A DNA stretch of 64,000 nt from Octopus vulgaris (Eukaryota): NCBI GenBank assembly GCA_951406725.2, contig OX597815.1, forward strand, positions 189,534,001 to 189,598,000, read 5' to 3'. The translations under genes were made by a program, and so were the position numbers. This document shows positions 12,899-26,379 of this stretch, piece after piece. The notes under the pieces are model-generated. The model was not told the origin of the DNA and did not search any database. It was given only the letters and a program-made list of their open reading frames with translations. How positions within the stretch are numbered: the first letter of the stretch is position 1; the number at the start of each line of letters is the position of its first letter.

Positions 12899-13091
12899 CA
12901 TCATCATCATCATCATCATCGTTTAACGTCCGCTTTCCATGCTAGCATGGGTTGGACAGTTCAACTGGGGTCTGGCAAGCCCGAAGGCTGCACCAGGCCA
13001 GTCAGATCTGGCAGTGTTTCTACAGCTGGATGCCCTTCCTAACGCCAACCACTCCGAGAGTGTAGTGGGTGATTTTATGTGCCACCGACAC
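12899..13091 (-). mobile_element. RTE LINE 3' UTR fragment (family C), 1 minisatellite unit
   Basis: (CAT)n plus family C body. Confidence 0.75.
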
Positions 13092-13172
13092 AAATCTATA
13101 TATATCTATATATCTATATATATCTATATACCTATATATATATCTCTATATATCTATCTATCTATCTATCTA

Positions 13173-13210
<38 letters not shown>

Positions 13211-13811
13211 CTGATGTCTCACACTGAGTTGAATTCATATGCACAAATAATTGAATCATAAATATTTTCATATTCCCAGAAGTTAGAAGAATATTACTTC
13301 GGTACATTCACACACAAATACATATAACACACACATATCCTTGTTTGTTGATGTACCTTTATATGTATATATATGTACACACATGCTGGTTTATGAAAGA
13401 CTGCTGCCAGCTCATTATCTCATATGTTTAGTTATGTGCAAAATTTGTAGATGATATGTAGGTCTGAAATATTAAATTCTGTAAGTGATATCTGTAATAA
13501 CGTTTCTCTCCAGTACTTTCTCATCACTTCAGGGCCTTCGACAGGCAACAAAATTGCACACACAATAAGCTAAAGAGGAATATAATTAGAAACGGATCCG
13601 TAAAGCAATGCAATGAATTGATTACAGAGCTTTCTTTATACAAAAGGTTTCATAAGTGCTTGTCAACTGGTACTGTCAAACAATTTAAAACTGACAAGCA
13701 TTATTTAGAAATTCTACAGAAGCTTGATACTCTAGCTGTGTAGATCTTTAGTTTGTCTCAGTTATCACTGATAAAGCCATGTTAATGCACAGTGAAAGAT
13801 TCACTATTACG

Positions 13812-14215
13812 CTTTTACTCTCTTGTTTCAGTCATGTGACTGCGGCCATGCTGGAGCACCGCCTTTAGTCGAGCAAATCGACCCCAGGACTTATTCTTTG
13901 TAAGCCTAGTACTTATTTCATCGGTCTCTTTTGCCAAACCGCTAAGTTATGGGGATGTAAACACACCAGCATCGGTTGTCAAGCGATGTTAGGGGGACAA
14001 ACACAGACACACAAACATACACACACACACACACACATATATATATACATATGTATGACAGACTTCTTTCTGTTTCTGTCTACCAAATCCACTCACAAGG
14101 CTTTGGTCAACCCGAGGCTAGAGTAGAAGACACTTGCCCAAGGTGCCACGCTGCAGGACTGAACCTGGAACCATGTGGTTGGTAGGCAAGCTACTTACCA
14201 CATGGCCACTCCTAT
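13812..14215 (-). mobile_element. SINE family B, full length (tRNA-like head, CORE-like domain, internal (TA)/(TG)n, 3' gagtaaaa repeats)
   Basis: Reverse strand: ggagtggc..tggtaag...ggttcagtcc...ttgggcaagtgtc...ctccagcatggcc...gaaacaag. Confidence 0.85.
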
Positions 14216-14459
14216 TAATCAACAAATAATATATTGAAACCATCGCTTGTAGCTGCATAAAGAAGTGCTGATCCCTAATTGTAGAGGAAACCTTTGGAAG
14301 GAGTAAACCCTGGAAGTGGGGAAAAAGGATCATTGCATGCTGAGCCTCACTAAGGAAATGACATGGGATCAAGAGTTGTAATTATTTGTGCTGTACTTGA
14401 GAAGATACATCAAACCAAGTAAAATCACTGGTACTCAAACATACAGTCTTGTCCCTTAC

Positions 14460-14705
14460 AGATGCCGGTGCCACATAAAAATGCACTCATACCAGTGGCA
14501 TGTAAAAAGTACCCAGAACACTCTGTAAAGTGGTTGGCATTAGGGAAGAGTATGCAGCCATAGAAATCATATCACAAGAGACAATTGGAATCTAGAGAGC
14601 TCCCTGGTTGGCCAGTTCCTGTCAAATCGTCCAACCCATGCCAGCATGGAATGTGGACGTTAAACAGTGATGATGACGATGATGATGACGATGATGATGA
14701 TGACG
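14460..14705 (+). mobile_element. RTE LINE 3' UTR fragment (family C), diverged
   Basis: gtggttggcattagg...ccaacccatgccagcatgg...gacgttaaa then (GAT)n. Confidence 0.65.
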
Positions 14706-15357
14706 AGGAGGAGGATGGTATTGTTGGTGATGATGATGGTTAAGTGACAGATCACTATGTACAATCATGTATATCTATCTGTGTGTGTGTGTGTGCATGT
14801 GTGTGTGTGTGTGCATCTGTATGTATGTCTGTATTTAAGCATGCATGTATGTGTATGATAGGCTTCTTTCAGTTTCCTCTACCAAAAATGACTCACAAGG
14901 CTTTGGTCAGCCCTTACTTTGATATAATCTGTTGATCTCATGCCACAAATTTCAAAGCTAAAAATGACATCAAGAGAAATCTATTCTATGATATCAGAAA
15001 TTATAAACACCAATTTGGCAAAGAGAGAACCGCACATGAGATTGAGCTTACATATCTGTCACTTAATGAGTAACTGCATTGGTCATTTTACTAATGACTG
15101 CCTTTCATTCTGTCTTCTCAAATTAGATGTTAAATTATTGTTTCTGCTATTTTAGCTATACTATTTTATCTCCACTAAATAATTTTCCAGTCACTGACCT
15201 CTTACATAAACTAACTCTCTGTTTCTTTATTGTGCTCACTTACCAAAACCATGGCAAAGTCTCCATGACGGAATATGAGCTATTGACAGAATGGTTAAAA
15301 AAAATTTATAACCTTAACTGGTATTATATCTGATAGAAGTTTCTTTGTATGAGCATT

Positions 15358-15711
15358 TCGTTTGGGGATTTGGTTTGCAAGATTATTTATATAAGTTCGT
15401 ATGTTGAAGCATATTCTGTTGTGTCTGGGGAGAGTCATTTTCTTTTTGTGCCTTATTATGTAACACACTCACTGGTAAAATTTCCACTTATTTCCTATTT
15501 TTATTTTCCTAAAATTTTCGTTGTGTCTTGCAACCTTTTCAGTAGTCTTGACTCTCAATAGTCTTGACTCAATAGTCAAGACTATTGAAAAGGTTGCAAG
15601 ATGCAAAGAAAATTTTAGGAAAATAAAAATAGGAAATAAGTGGAAATTTTACCGGTGAGTGTGTTACATAATAAGGCACAAAAAGAAAATGACTCTCTCC
15701 AGACACAACAA
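15358..15711. mobile_element. Fold-back element (family P2) with 12-bp TSD
   Basis: Inverted arms about 15417-15550 and 15575-15710; TSD tgtat(g/c)agcatt at 15346 and 15712; second copy at 39378. Confidence 0.8.
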
Positions 15712-15754
15712 TGTATCAGCATTGTTACCTGAAAAACATTCTCAACTTATGCAA

Positions 15755-15962
15755 GTGGTGATGGTGCCATGTGTATAAGCACTGGTGCCACATAAAAGCC
15801 CCAGGTACACTCTGTAAAGTGGTTGGCATTAGGAAGAGCATCCAGCCATAGAGACCATGCCAAAACAGACAATGAAACCTGGTGCAGCTCCTGGCTTGGC
15901 AAGTTCCTGCCAAACCAAGCCAGCATGGAAAACGGCTGTTAAATAATTATAATGATGATGAC
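15755..15962 (+). mobile_element. RTE LINE 3' UTR fragment (family C), diverged
   Basis: ggttggcattaggaagagcatccagcc...gccagcatggaaaacgg. Confidence 0.6.
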
Positions 15963-16196
15963 GATTGTGGTGGTGGTGGTGATGGTTGTAGTGGTAGTGG
16001 TAGTGGTGGTAGTGATTTAACAGCTATTTGTATACTATACACTCAAATTAATCATATTCTGTTCATTTTTCTAAAGTTGTCAACTTGCATATAACTTCAT
16101 TGTCCTGTGTCACAGCTATATGGCATGATGCTTCTGTTACATGTCACAATAAATATCTATCAATCAAAGAAATATCCACAAACATTGATGATGAAT

Positions 16197-16444
16197 ACTC
16201 TTTTACTCTTTTTCACTTGTTTCAGTCATTTGACTGTGGCCATGCTGGAGCACCGCCTTTAGGTGAGCAAATCGACACCAGGACTTATTCTTTGTAAGCC
16301 TAGTACTTATTCTATCGGTCTCTTTTGCCAAACCGCTAAGTTACAGGGACGTAAACACACCAGCATTGGTTGTCAAAGAATGTTGGGAGGGGACAAACAC
16401 AGTCACACAAACATACACACACACACACACATATATATATATAC

Positions 16445-16526
<82 letters not shown>

Positions 16527-16861
16527 ATATATTAGAAAAAATGAGGTACTCAGAAATTCGGATGGTTTTACATTTACAGATATTTATTTGTATATTACAT
16601 GTTTTAATACATCATATAACTTATATCATATCTCATATATTAGCACTTTCGTCCATTCTAGTGGAGTTGTCAAAGTGTTCAATTTGAAAACTCCACCAGA
16701 ATGGATGAATGTGCTAACATATGATATATGATATAAGTTATATGATGTATTAAAACATGTAATATACAAATAAATATCTGTAAATATAAAACCATCCGAA
16801 TTTCTGAGTACCTTATTTCTTCTAATATAAAATACTTGTACATCATCTCCAAATCTTCTAA

Positions 16862-16918
<57 letters not shown>

Positions 16919-17082
16919 GACGGGCTTCTTTCAGTTTCCGTCTACCAAATCCACTCACAAGGCTTTGGTCAGCCCGAGGCTATAGTAGAAGACACTAGCC
17001 CAAGGTGCCAGACAGCGGGACTGAACCTGGAACCATGTGATTGGTAAGCAAGCTACTTACCACACAGCCACTCCTACACCTG
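16197..17082 (-). mobile_element. SINE family B interrupted in its internal microsatellite
   Basis: 3' half 16197-16430 and 5' half 16917-17082, separated by (TA)n and a fold-back insert. Confidence 0.85.
16530..16862. mobile_element. Fold-back element (family P3) inserted in (TA)n
   Basis: Arms about 16529-16668 and 16689-16829 are near reverse complements; the right arm extends about 30 bp further. Confidence 0.75.
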
Positions 17083-17679
17083 TTAAAGAATAGATCTTCC
17101 CAAGCGGGGAATATAGAAATTATATTCTCTTTTTAAGCCATATTGTTATAACCTAGTTAACGACTAGTTTTTTTTTTTTTTGTTGACCGATCAAAGGAAT
17201 CGGATACCGTTGCGACGCATACTTAAGAAATGATCCTTAAAAGCATGGTCTAGTGTTTCGAAAAAATAATTGAATGAAGACAAGGGGGTTTTGATTTGAA
17301 GCAAGTTGACTATGCCATAGAAAAACAATGTGGAATATTATATTGAATCTTTCAAGACTTTATCATGAGTTATGAGAGATAAAAGGAAGCTGAGGTACAA
17401 TGTTTGAGCATCATGTGTTTGTAAGTAAATTTGCTTTAATTTTTGGTGCAATTATCAGAAGAGAAAGGATTTAGATGAGAACAGAGTAAATTCCAGCAAT
17501 TTGATCAAATGATACTAAAAGTAAAATCAGTGGATGGAAGTGAAGATGTCAGAATAAATTCATCCAAACTGAATTTGAGAAAATAGTTTGATGGATGGCA
17601 GAGAAATGGAGACATTAATTTGCTTGGGTTTAAACTTGAACAATCCAAGCCATTTTTATGATGATTAATACCTATAGAG

Positions 17680-17750
17680 CAGGGGTTCTCAACCATTTTT
17701 CCTCTATGGATCCCTTTGATTAGTATTTTATTGTGGTGGACTCCCATAGA
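17680..17750 (+). mobile_element. hAT-like MITE left end
   Basis: caggggttctcaacc resembles hAT/Charlie TIRs; partner TIR not seen. Confidence 0.35.
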
Positions 17751-18287
17751 TATTCGACATTTAAAAACCGACTTTATAGAAACTTCTTCCAAAATTCTTT
17801 TTCTTTTTTTTTTTTTCACACATTAACTTTGTTTGTTGAATTATGTAAAATATTAGGAATAGGAACCAAGCTGTTTCTTGCAATACATACCAATACATCA
17901 GGGACAAGCTGCCTAGGTAGACAAGGTAGGCAGTGCCTACCTTGAATAAAACAGATCCATAACAAAATTTTCCTTTTAAGGCAAAATATGCTCCTAATTC
18001 AATTAAATTATGAAGGTTACTCTGATTATTATGCATAAAATGCAAAATATTTTTTGTAAAGAATAAGAAGTTTTGAATGGTACAACACTGCACTATAATA
18101 CAGACAATGGACTATACACCTGTTGTAATTTAGTCATCCATAGTCTGATATGATATTTCGGAATAATATTCCTTCTTCAGATATTCTTAGATGGAGTCCT
18201 TTATCATTTTTGTATATGATTTGCAAGATTTTTTATGTGAATTCTTGTGTTGAAACAAATCTAATGTCTTGGGATGGTTATTAAACC

Positions 18288-18341
<54 letters not shown>

Positions 18342-18342
18342 T

Positions 18343-18580
18343 ATTAGGTATGATAAAAAAATATTCAGACAAATACATAACAAAAACACCAGGACTTACA
18401 AATGTATATAACATACAGAAAATTGCACTACTAGGCATTTGCACACATCCTACACAAAACACTTTCAATACAGTAATTATAAGAGCATCAAACCAAACAA
18501 CAGCACATACCCAAGGCACACAGAGCTGTGCTCAGTAGTGAAGTCAAAGCACGCTATAAAAATAAAACTACTGAATAATA
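18343..18580 (+). pseudogene. R4/Dong-like LINE 3' end
   Basis: LGMIKKYSDKYITKTPGLTNVYNIQKIALLG plus the same 3' UTR; directly after (AAT)n. Confidence 0.85.
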
Positions 18581-18714
18581 ACACATACACTACTTCAATA
18601 TCACTTCTCTGTTGTTAGTCAGCTGGTTAAGTAACAAACCAACTAACAAACAAATGATCAGTTAGTTAGATATTTAACTAATTGACTTAACAGTAAAAGT
18701 GATGTTAAATCAGT

Positions 18715-19020
18715 GGAGGCACATGGCCTAGTGGTTAGAGCAGTGGCCTCGCAGTCGAGGGATCGCAGGTTCAACTCTCAGACCGGGCAATGTGTATGGT
18801 TATGAGCGAAACACCTAAGCTCCACACGGCTCCAGCAGAAGGTAATGGCAAACTTCTACTGACTCTTTTGCCACAACTTTCTCTCACTCTTTCCTCCTGC
18901 ATCTTGCAGCTCACCTGCAACAGACTGGCATCCCGTCCAGGTGGGGAACCTATACACCAAGGAAAATGGAAAACCGGCCCTTATGAACCAGTCATGGCTT
19001 GAGAAGGAACAAACAAACAA
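18715..19020 (+). mobile_element. SINE family D (tRNA-Arg-like head)
   Basis: ggaggcacatggcctagtggttagagc...ctcgc...ggttcaactc; body shared with 46715, 56112 and 60681. Confidence 0.75.
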
Positions 19021-19894
19021 GTGATGCTAAATCAGTGCATTATTATTGGTGTAATGAACCTCTCAAGATGCAACAACACTAAATCTGATATTTTCCAAAT
19101 ATTTACCTTATGATGCTAGAAATGTTTGAAGGAGAAAATTATGTATTTCTTCATATAAAGAGTTTTTCCTCCTTCCAAATAGACACATTTATAATATAAT
19201 TATTGTACAGCCTACTTATGCCTTGTTTACTAGAGTGGAGAATGTGCAACATCAAGTCAGGTCATAGGACAACATATGCAGTTGCTACTTTATGTTTTAA
19301 AAGAACATTTTATTCGTAGATTTACTTATAACAAAATCACATAGGCAATGTAAGCCACTAAGAACTACATATTAATAGACAGAACCAGGTTGTCAATACT
19401 TTAAACACTTCTAGGAATCGATTTAAAGGTATACTAAGTTTTGAAGTGGAGCACTGAAATCAAACAACTTTAGATTGATAAGAAATGCATGACTATTTTT
19501 GCCGAAGAAGACAGATATATCACGATATTCTCATTAATACAGTTATGACAATTTAATAAACATGACCAGATTGGACATAATTTCAAAGTATGCTAGAAAA
19601 ATTGGTAAAAGTGCATGGCATAAGCACATGACTGTATCTGCACTAGTTGGTTGAAATCAATTCAATGAGTGTTCCTATTTAATTGATGTTTGGTAAAATC
19701 TATAAAATAAGAAGTGTGTGTGTGTATGTGCACACTCGTGCGTGTGTGTGTGTGTGTGTATAAGAGAACAAAGTGTACGTACGCCGCTATATTTTATTTT
19801 ATATATATATATATATATATATCAATGAGTAAATATTCGAATGAATATTCACATAAATATTACTAGTATTATTATCATCAGCAGTAAATATATC

Positions 19895-19959
<65 letters not shown>

Positions 19960-20052
19960 TAACAATAATTATGGTGATGATGATGACGACGACGACGACG
20001 ATGACGACGATGATGACGATGATGATGATAATGATGATAAAAATAATAATGA
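19895..20052. repeat. (AAT)n/(GAT/GAC)n microsatellite
   Basis: Directly visible. Confidence 0.95.
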
Positions 20053-20249
20053 TATTAGTGGGCAGCAAGCAATAATGCCGTTAATTGGCTAATCAATAAA
20101 ATTTTATAATTAACAAATAAGGATAAGAGAGGGTATTTGAAGTACCAGCTTGCTAGAAATAAGAGCTAAGAACTTGTTTGAGTATTTTCCCTCTTATTTC
20201 TAGCAAGCTGGTATTCGTGTATCCTCTGTTATAATTATTTATTAATAAT

Positions 20250-20645
20250 TATAGGCATAGGAGTGGCTGTGTGGTAAGTAGCTTGCTTACCAACCACATG
20301 GTTCCAGGTTCAGTCCCACTGCATGGCAACTTGGGCACGTGTCTTCTACTATAGCCTTGGGCTGACCAAAACCTTGTGAGTGGATTTGGTAGATGGAAAC
20401 TGAAAGAAGCCTGTCGCATATATTATATATATATGTGTGTGTGTGTGTCCAACATTGCTTGACAACCGATGCTGGTGTGTTTACATCCCCGTAACATACC
20501 GGTTCGGCAAAAGAGATCAATAGAATAAGTACTAGGCTTACAAGGAATAAGTCCTGGGGTCCGATTGGCTCCACTAAACGTGGTGCTCCAGCATGGCCAC
20601 AGTCAAATGACTCTGACAAGCAAAAGAGTAAAGAGTAAAAAGAGA
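20250..20645 (+). mobile_element. SINE family B, full length
   Basis: aggcataggagtggctgtgtggtaagtagc ... aaagagtaaagagtaaaa. Confidence 0.85.
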
Positions 20646-20779
20646 TGTATATATACTGTGTAAATTATGAGGGTAAAAAATTTAAATAATTTATTACCAG
20701 TCTTACGGATGCTTATTATTTTTTTATATCTATATATATATATGTATATATATTGATAGATAGGTAGAAAGAGATACAT

Positions 20780-20821
<42 letters not shown>

Positions 20822-20957
20822 GTATATATAGACAATTGCAGCATGGTAGGTGTTTATAAGCCATTTAAGAAACACATAAAAAACCATTAGATTCACTTCA
20901 AAATTAAAATTGTTCACTGATAAAATTCCGTGCTGCATCTGAGAAAGTAACAGTTAC

Positions 20958-21091
20958 TTCTTGATGAAGACTGGATGGTATATCAGCCAAAATGTTGTGT
21001 TACCAACAAACAAGATGAGGACAAATATCCATCAAATGTAAATAATATAAATAATGTACATAATTCCTCATCTCTTAAATATAGAACTGTA
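20958..21091 (+). mobile_element. Family H element, 3' part with degenerate hammerhead
   Basis: ttgatgaagactggatggtatatcagccaaaatgttgtgtt...ctcatctcttaaatatagaact. Confidence 0.7.
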
Positions 21092-21295
21092 TGGTCAAGT
21101 ATTATTTCATGCATGTGTTTTATCATGCAGCCCTCTCCCACTTGGAAATGGTATGATCTGGGACCCCAGTTGATGACAAGTTGCCCTTCCCTGGTCTATA
21201 GTTTTCTATGGTCCCCTGAATATATTTTTTTAGATATTTATGTATTTTTAGGCAAGCTGGCAGAGTCATTAGCATGCCAGGCAATATGTATATTC

Positions 21296-21948
21296 CTTTA
21301 TTCTTTTTCTTGTTTCAGTCATTTGATTGTAGCCATGCTGGAGCACCGCCTTTAGTCAAACAAATCGACCCCAGGACTTATTCTTTGTAAGCCTAGTACT
21401 TATTTTATCGGTCACTTTTGCTGAACTGCTAAGTTTCGGGGATGTAAACACACCAACATCGGTTGTCAAGCAATGGTGAGGGGACAAACACATATATACA
21501 TATATACATACATATATATATATATATATATGACGGGCCCTTTTCAGTCTCCATCTACCAAATCCACTCACAAGGCTTTGATTGGCCTGAGGCTATAGTA
21601 TAAAACACTTGCCTAAGGTGCTACGCAGTGGGACTGAACCTGGAACCATGTGGTTGGGAAGCAAGCTTCTTATTTCTTTACTGCCCACAAGGGGCTACAC
21701 ACAGAGGGGACAAACAAGGACAGATAAAGAGATTAAGTCAATTATATCGACCTCAGTGCTTAACTAGTATTTATTTAATCGACTCCGAAAGGATGAAAGG
21801 CAAAGTTGACCTTGGCAAAATTTGAACTCAGAATGTAGCAGCAGACGAAATACTGCTAAGCATTTTACCCGGCATGCTATCGTTTCTGCCAGCTTGCCGC
21901 TGTTGGTAAGAAGCAAGCTTCTTACCACACAGCCACTCCTACACCTAT
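21296..21948 (-). mobile_element. SINE family B interrupted by a family A copy
   Basis: Body 21296-21670 resumes at about 21902; aagcaagcttct is duplicated on both sides of the insert. Confidence 0.8.
21671..21900 (-). mobile_element. SINE family A, full length, nested
   Basis: tatttctttactgcccacaagggg...tttctgccagcttgccgc. Confidence 0.85.
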
Positions 21949-22295
21949 GTAGTGGCATTTTATCTATCTTTACATTGTCAATTCAAATTCCTCTTTGGTC
22001 AACTCTGTCTTTCATCCTTTTGGGAAAGAGGAAAGAGCTCTTATTTATTGCCTTTTTTTTTTCTAAAGGTTTCTCTGTAGATATTAATCATCATATAATT
22101 TGTCCAAGAATGACTAGAGGTTTTCAAGCTTACGGCAAAGCAAAGTAGTAAAACAGGGACCAAGAACACTTAGAGGACAATATAATCAACTTATTGCCCT
22201 CCATCAAGATTGCTGGCCTTGTGCCAAAATTTGAAACAAATATTTCTACATCATAATGTTTCCTTTTTGCATATTTTGTATCTTTATATTCTCAT

Positions 22296-22713
22296 ATAGG
22301 CACAGGAGTGGCTGTGTGGTAAGTAGCTTGCTAACCAACCACATGGTTCCCAGTTCAGTCCCACTGTGTGGCATCTTGGGCTAGTGTCTTCTGCTATAGC
22401 CCCGGGCCGACCAATGCCTTATGAGTGGATTTGGTAGACGGATACTGAAAGAAGCCTGTCGTATATATGTATATATATATAAGCGTGTGTGTGTATATGT
22501 TTGTGTGTCTGTGTTTGTCCCCCTAGCATTGCTTGACAACCGATGCTGGTGTGTTTACGTCCCCGCCACTTAGCGGTTCGGCAAAAGAGACCGATAGAAT
22601 AAGTACTGGGCTTACAAAGAATAAGTCCCGGGGTCGATTTGCTCGACTAAAGGAGGTGCTCCAGCATGGCCGCAGTCAAATGACCGAAACAAGTAAAAGA
22701 GTAAAGAGAGAGT
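22296..22713 (+). mobile_element. SINE family B, full length
   Basis: Collinear with the other family B copies. Confidence 0.88.
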
Positions 22714-23858
22714 AATATCCTGTTACATTCATATGCTTGCATTATTGAAAAGTTTCACCTGGCCTTCTCTGTAAGCAATCATAATCCCTATATTATAATC
22801 CCTATATTACCTCATTCTTTAAACCAGTATGATCTTTACAATCTGTACAATTTTATCTTAAACATGTTTAAAATAAGAAACTCTGTTAAACAAAAAGCTT
22901 GAAATTTGAAATTTGAAATTTCATGCTAAGGATTTTATATTCAAGCTTTAATATTCAAAAGTTAATATCTAAACTTTAAATACAGAAATTAAACCTTGTT
23001 TTTATCTAGAATTTTTTATTAAATTTTATTATTAATTTTAATTTCTAAATATTTATTTTTTTGTTCTTTTTTAATCTTGGCAATCTTAGACATTTCTAAT
23101 CCTTTTCACTTTTTAATATTTTTTAAATCTCATTTTGATCTTTCATCTTAAATTTTTAATCTTTATTTCTTAAATTTTATTTTGTGTCTTTATTTCCTTA
23201 GCTATAATTTTCTTAGTTTTCATTTTCCATATTTTTTCAATATTTATTTTAATTTTTAAACTCTATTTGAAAAGCAATTTCAACCCTAACCAATTATCAG
23301 CCGCATTTAGTTATTTCCAAAGAACTAAACTTGCTAATTTTAATCTCTATGCTTTATTACAACCTTAACTATATTTCCTTTCTGCTTATCTCCCCATCAC
23401 TATTTTAATTACTCTAGCTATTTTCTTTTTCTCCAAATCTAGCTTTATATACATATTCACATAATATACCTTTAGGATGGCATACAAAATCCTAATCTAC
23501 TGCTGTGCTGATGAATCTTCTTTTCATTCCATTGCATTTCACCTTATTTCCCTAACTCATAAAATCCAGACACATATATATATATATGCTAGCATGGAAA
23601 ACGGATGCTAAACGATGATGATGATGATGATGATATATATACACACACACTCATATACACATGTATGTTTGGTAAAAGGAAAATATCTTGAAAAATCTCT
23701 GCTTGCAGAATGTTGTTATATTACACTGTTTATTAAGAAGGCCCTTATTCTTGTGTAAGATTTCAGGAGATTTTCTACTGCACAAACTACATGCTGTGCA
23801 ACCATCCTGACATGGTTTTCCAGTCTTAACTACAGACCAGAAGATGTTATAGAAAATA

Positions 23859-24424
23859 TTGTGTTGTCCAGAAAGTTCGTGCCGGTTTATAGTAGCTTAT
23901 TTTTTGACTTATTTTAGAACATGGTTGAGTCCATAAAATAGGATTTGACTACACTTCCATTTAGAGCACAGTTTAAGCTATCTTTTCGTGGAAGAAGGTT
24001 TATGTTCCTATAACCTGTGTTAATTCTGTAAACCTTTAAAATGGAAGATAAGAAAGTTCATTTTCGGCACTTGATGCTTCCGGATCCAGACAAAAATTGC
24101 TGCAGCTTGACTGGGATGTGTTACCCCACCCTCCATATTCACCAGATATTGCTTCTTCGGATTTCCACTTATTCAGGTCTCTGCAGAATAGTCTTAATGG
24201 TAAAAATTTCAATTCCTTGGATGACATAAAAAGATACCTTGATGAATTCTTTGCCATGAAACCACCTCAATTCTGGGAAGAGGGTATTTTTAAGTTAAAG
24301 GAAAGATGGAGACACATTGTGTAACAAAATGGTTCATATTTGGTTGATTAAAAATGTAATGGCAAGTATTTATTGACCTTTTTCTTTCCTTTAAAAATCG
24401 GCATGAACTTTCTGGACAATCCAG
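23859..24424 (+). mobile_element. Internally deleted mariner transposon
   Basis: TA-flanked TIRs (ttgtccagaaagttcgtgccg / cggcatgaactttctggacaa); N-terminus MEDKKVHFRHLML joined to C-terminal WDVLPHPPYSPDIASSDFHLFRSLQN...ERW (mariner YSPD motif). Confidence 0.92.
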
Positions 24425-24729
24425 TATTATAAGCCTTGAGATGAAGGATATAAATTGCCTGCAAATTAGGTTTTGTGCCTGATATTAGAGAACAAATTAA
24501 TACGTCCCAAGTAAATTATTATAATAAGAAGGTGACTCTGTGAGATTTTGATTGAATTTTAGTATCTATGGACAGCACTCTTACAAATGATATTATATCA
24601 CAAGATTTGATGATTCAAAGGGCAATTATTGGGCATTTTACAATTGCATTTCAAATAACTACTAGTTGAACCCTGGAGTCAATGTAATCAACCTACCCCT
24701 CCCCTTGAAGTTACTAGCTTTGTACCATT

Positions 24730-24767
<38 letters not shown>

Positions 24768-24782
24768 CATTATAATTATTTA

Positions 24783-24994
24783 AGGTGGTGAGCTCACAAA
24801 ATCATTAGCACGCTGGATGAAATGCTTAGTAGTATTTCGCCTGATGATGCATTCTGAGTTCAAATTCTGATGAGGTCTACTTTACCTTTCATCTTTTCAG
24901 GGTCGATAAATTAAGTACCAGTGAAACACTGAGGTCAATATAATCGACTAATCCCATCCCTCAAATTTCAGGCTTCGTACCTATAATAGAAAGG

Positions 24995-24995
<1 letters not shown>
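24783..24995 (+). mobile_element. SINE family A between (ATT)n tracts
   Basis: aggtggtgagct...ttctgagttcaaattc...ttcatcttttcagggtcgataaattaagtaccag. Confidence 0.8.
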
Positions 24996-25032
<37 letters not shown>

Positions 25033-26227
25033 GATTATTATTTTTACTTTTAATCTGCATGCATGTTACAGTCACTTGCTGAGACACACCCAGTGTCCTG
25101 GGGTGAGTGAAGGATAAGAGATGTCACAATATGACTGAAAGCTTGGGGAGGGGAGGTAGTGATACAATACAGACATTTAAATGGATTAAGGTTTTTCTAA
25201 GGATGTGGGCAGTACTTGTCAGCACAATGGATTTCTCTGAGACATGGTTCTCCTGGGATCTCACCTAGATGTTGCTGACATCCCTTTTTTATTATAGCAA
25301 GGGTACAATAACAGGAACAGTTCTCATTTTAAGATGCCACATATTTTGTATGTTAGATTTAGCATATGTGTAGTGAAGGCATTCATTGATTTTGTCCTTC
25401 TCATAATATGCATTGCAGCATCAAACTAAATCTTTGAAACAACTGTCAAGGATTACCTTCCTTTCTGTAACATGAATATGCATGTGTAACATATATTAAG
25501 TTACCCTGTCATCTATAATTATTTGTCCATCTTTTTTCTTTATATCTGTGTGTGTATGTGTGTGTGTGTCTGTATACACACACACACATGCACAGACACA
25601 TCTATATATAGAAGATATAAGACTACACTGAGTAAGGAAGGTACTGCATGGTGCACTATCACTGCAGCATTCAAATACATAAGTATAAAAAGAATCATCA
25701 ATCGATGTCTAGACTTCAAAAAATATTACATTTTTAATTATCCAAAACAGCTTATGGCAAAAAATATCAAAATGAGTGCAAAATAAGAAAATAAGCACAT
25801 TGGATGCAGTTTTATGATACACATGTCTATTGATTCTGATCAGTTTATGCAAAAACCATTTTATCCTTTCCTAAGTATTATAAAAGAATTATTTATCTTG
25901 ATTTTTCTTTCTTCTCTTTGTACATGAGCCTACATCATCTGAGTGCACTTTCATATTGTCTTTTGATTTGTGTCTCTTGCTTAATATTTGGATTTGTATC
26001 CATTGTCTTCGGTTTTTCATCTTATAAAAATTTCTAAAACTATGACTCAGTTCTTTATTTAAGAATTCTTTTGTTTGTGTTTCAGCCACTTCAATTATTT
26101 TGGACTTCAACCTCAACATGTGCATGTTACTGCTCCAAATATTGAACAAATATTTTTTTACCATGTAATCTTATGATTGTTTGGTGTTATCTTCATTTAT
26201 TCTACACATTCCAGACTGTTCTTTTTC

Positions 26228-26379
26228 TTTACTCTTTTACTCTTTTACTTGTTTCAGTCATTTGACTGCGGCCATGCTGGAGCACCGCCTTTAGTCGAGC
26301 AAATCGACACCGGGACTTATTCTTTGTAAGCCTAGTACTTATTATATCGGTCTCTTTTTGCCGAACCGCTAAGTGACGT
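26228..26379 (-). mobile_element. SINE family B, 3' part (5'-truncated)
   Basis: (ttttactc)n tail plus gactgcggccatgctggagcaccgcc. Confidence 0.8.

Noticed and set aside
23505-23530. CTGATGA as a hammerhead core (also 24841, 24868, 35804, 37608)
   Set aside because: No downstream stem II + GAAA + NUH + stem I; several are point variants of SINE sequence.
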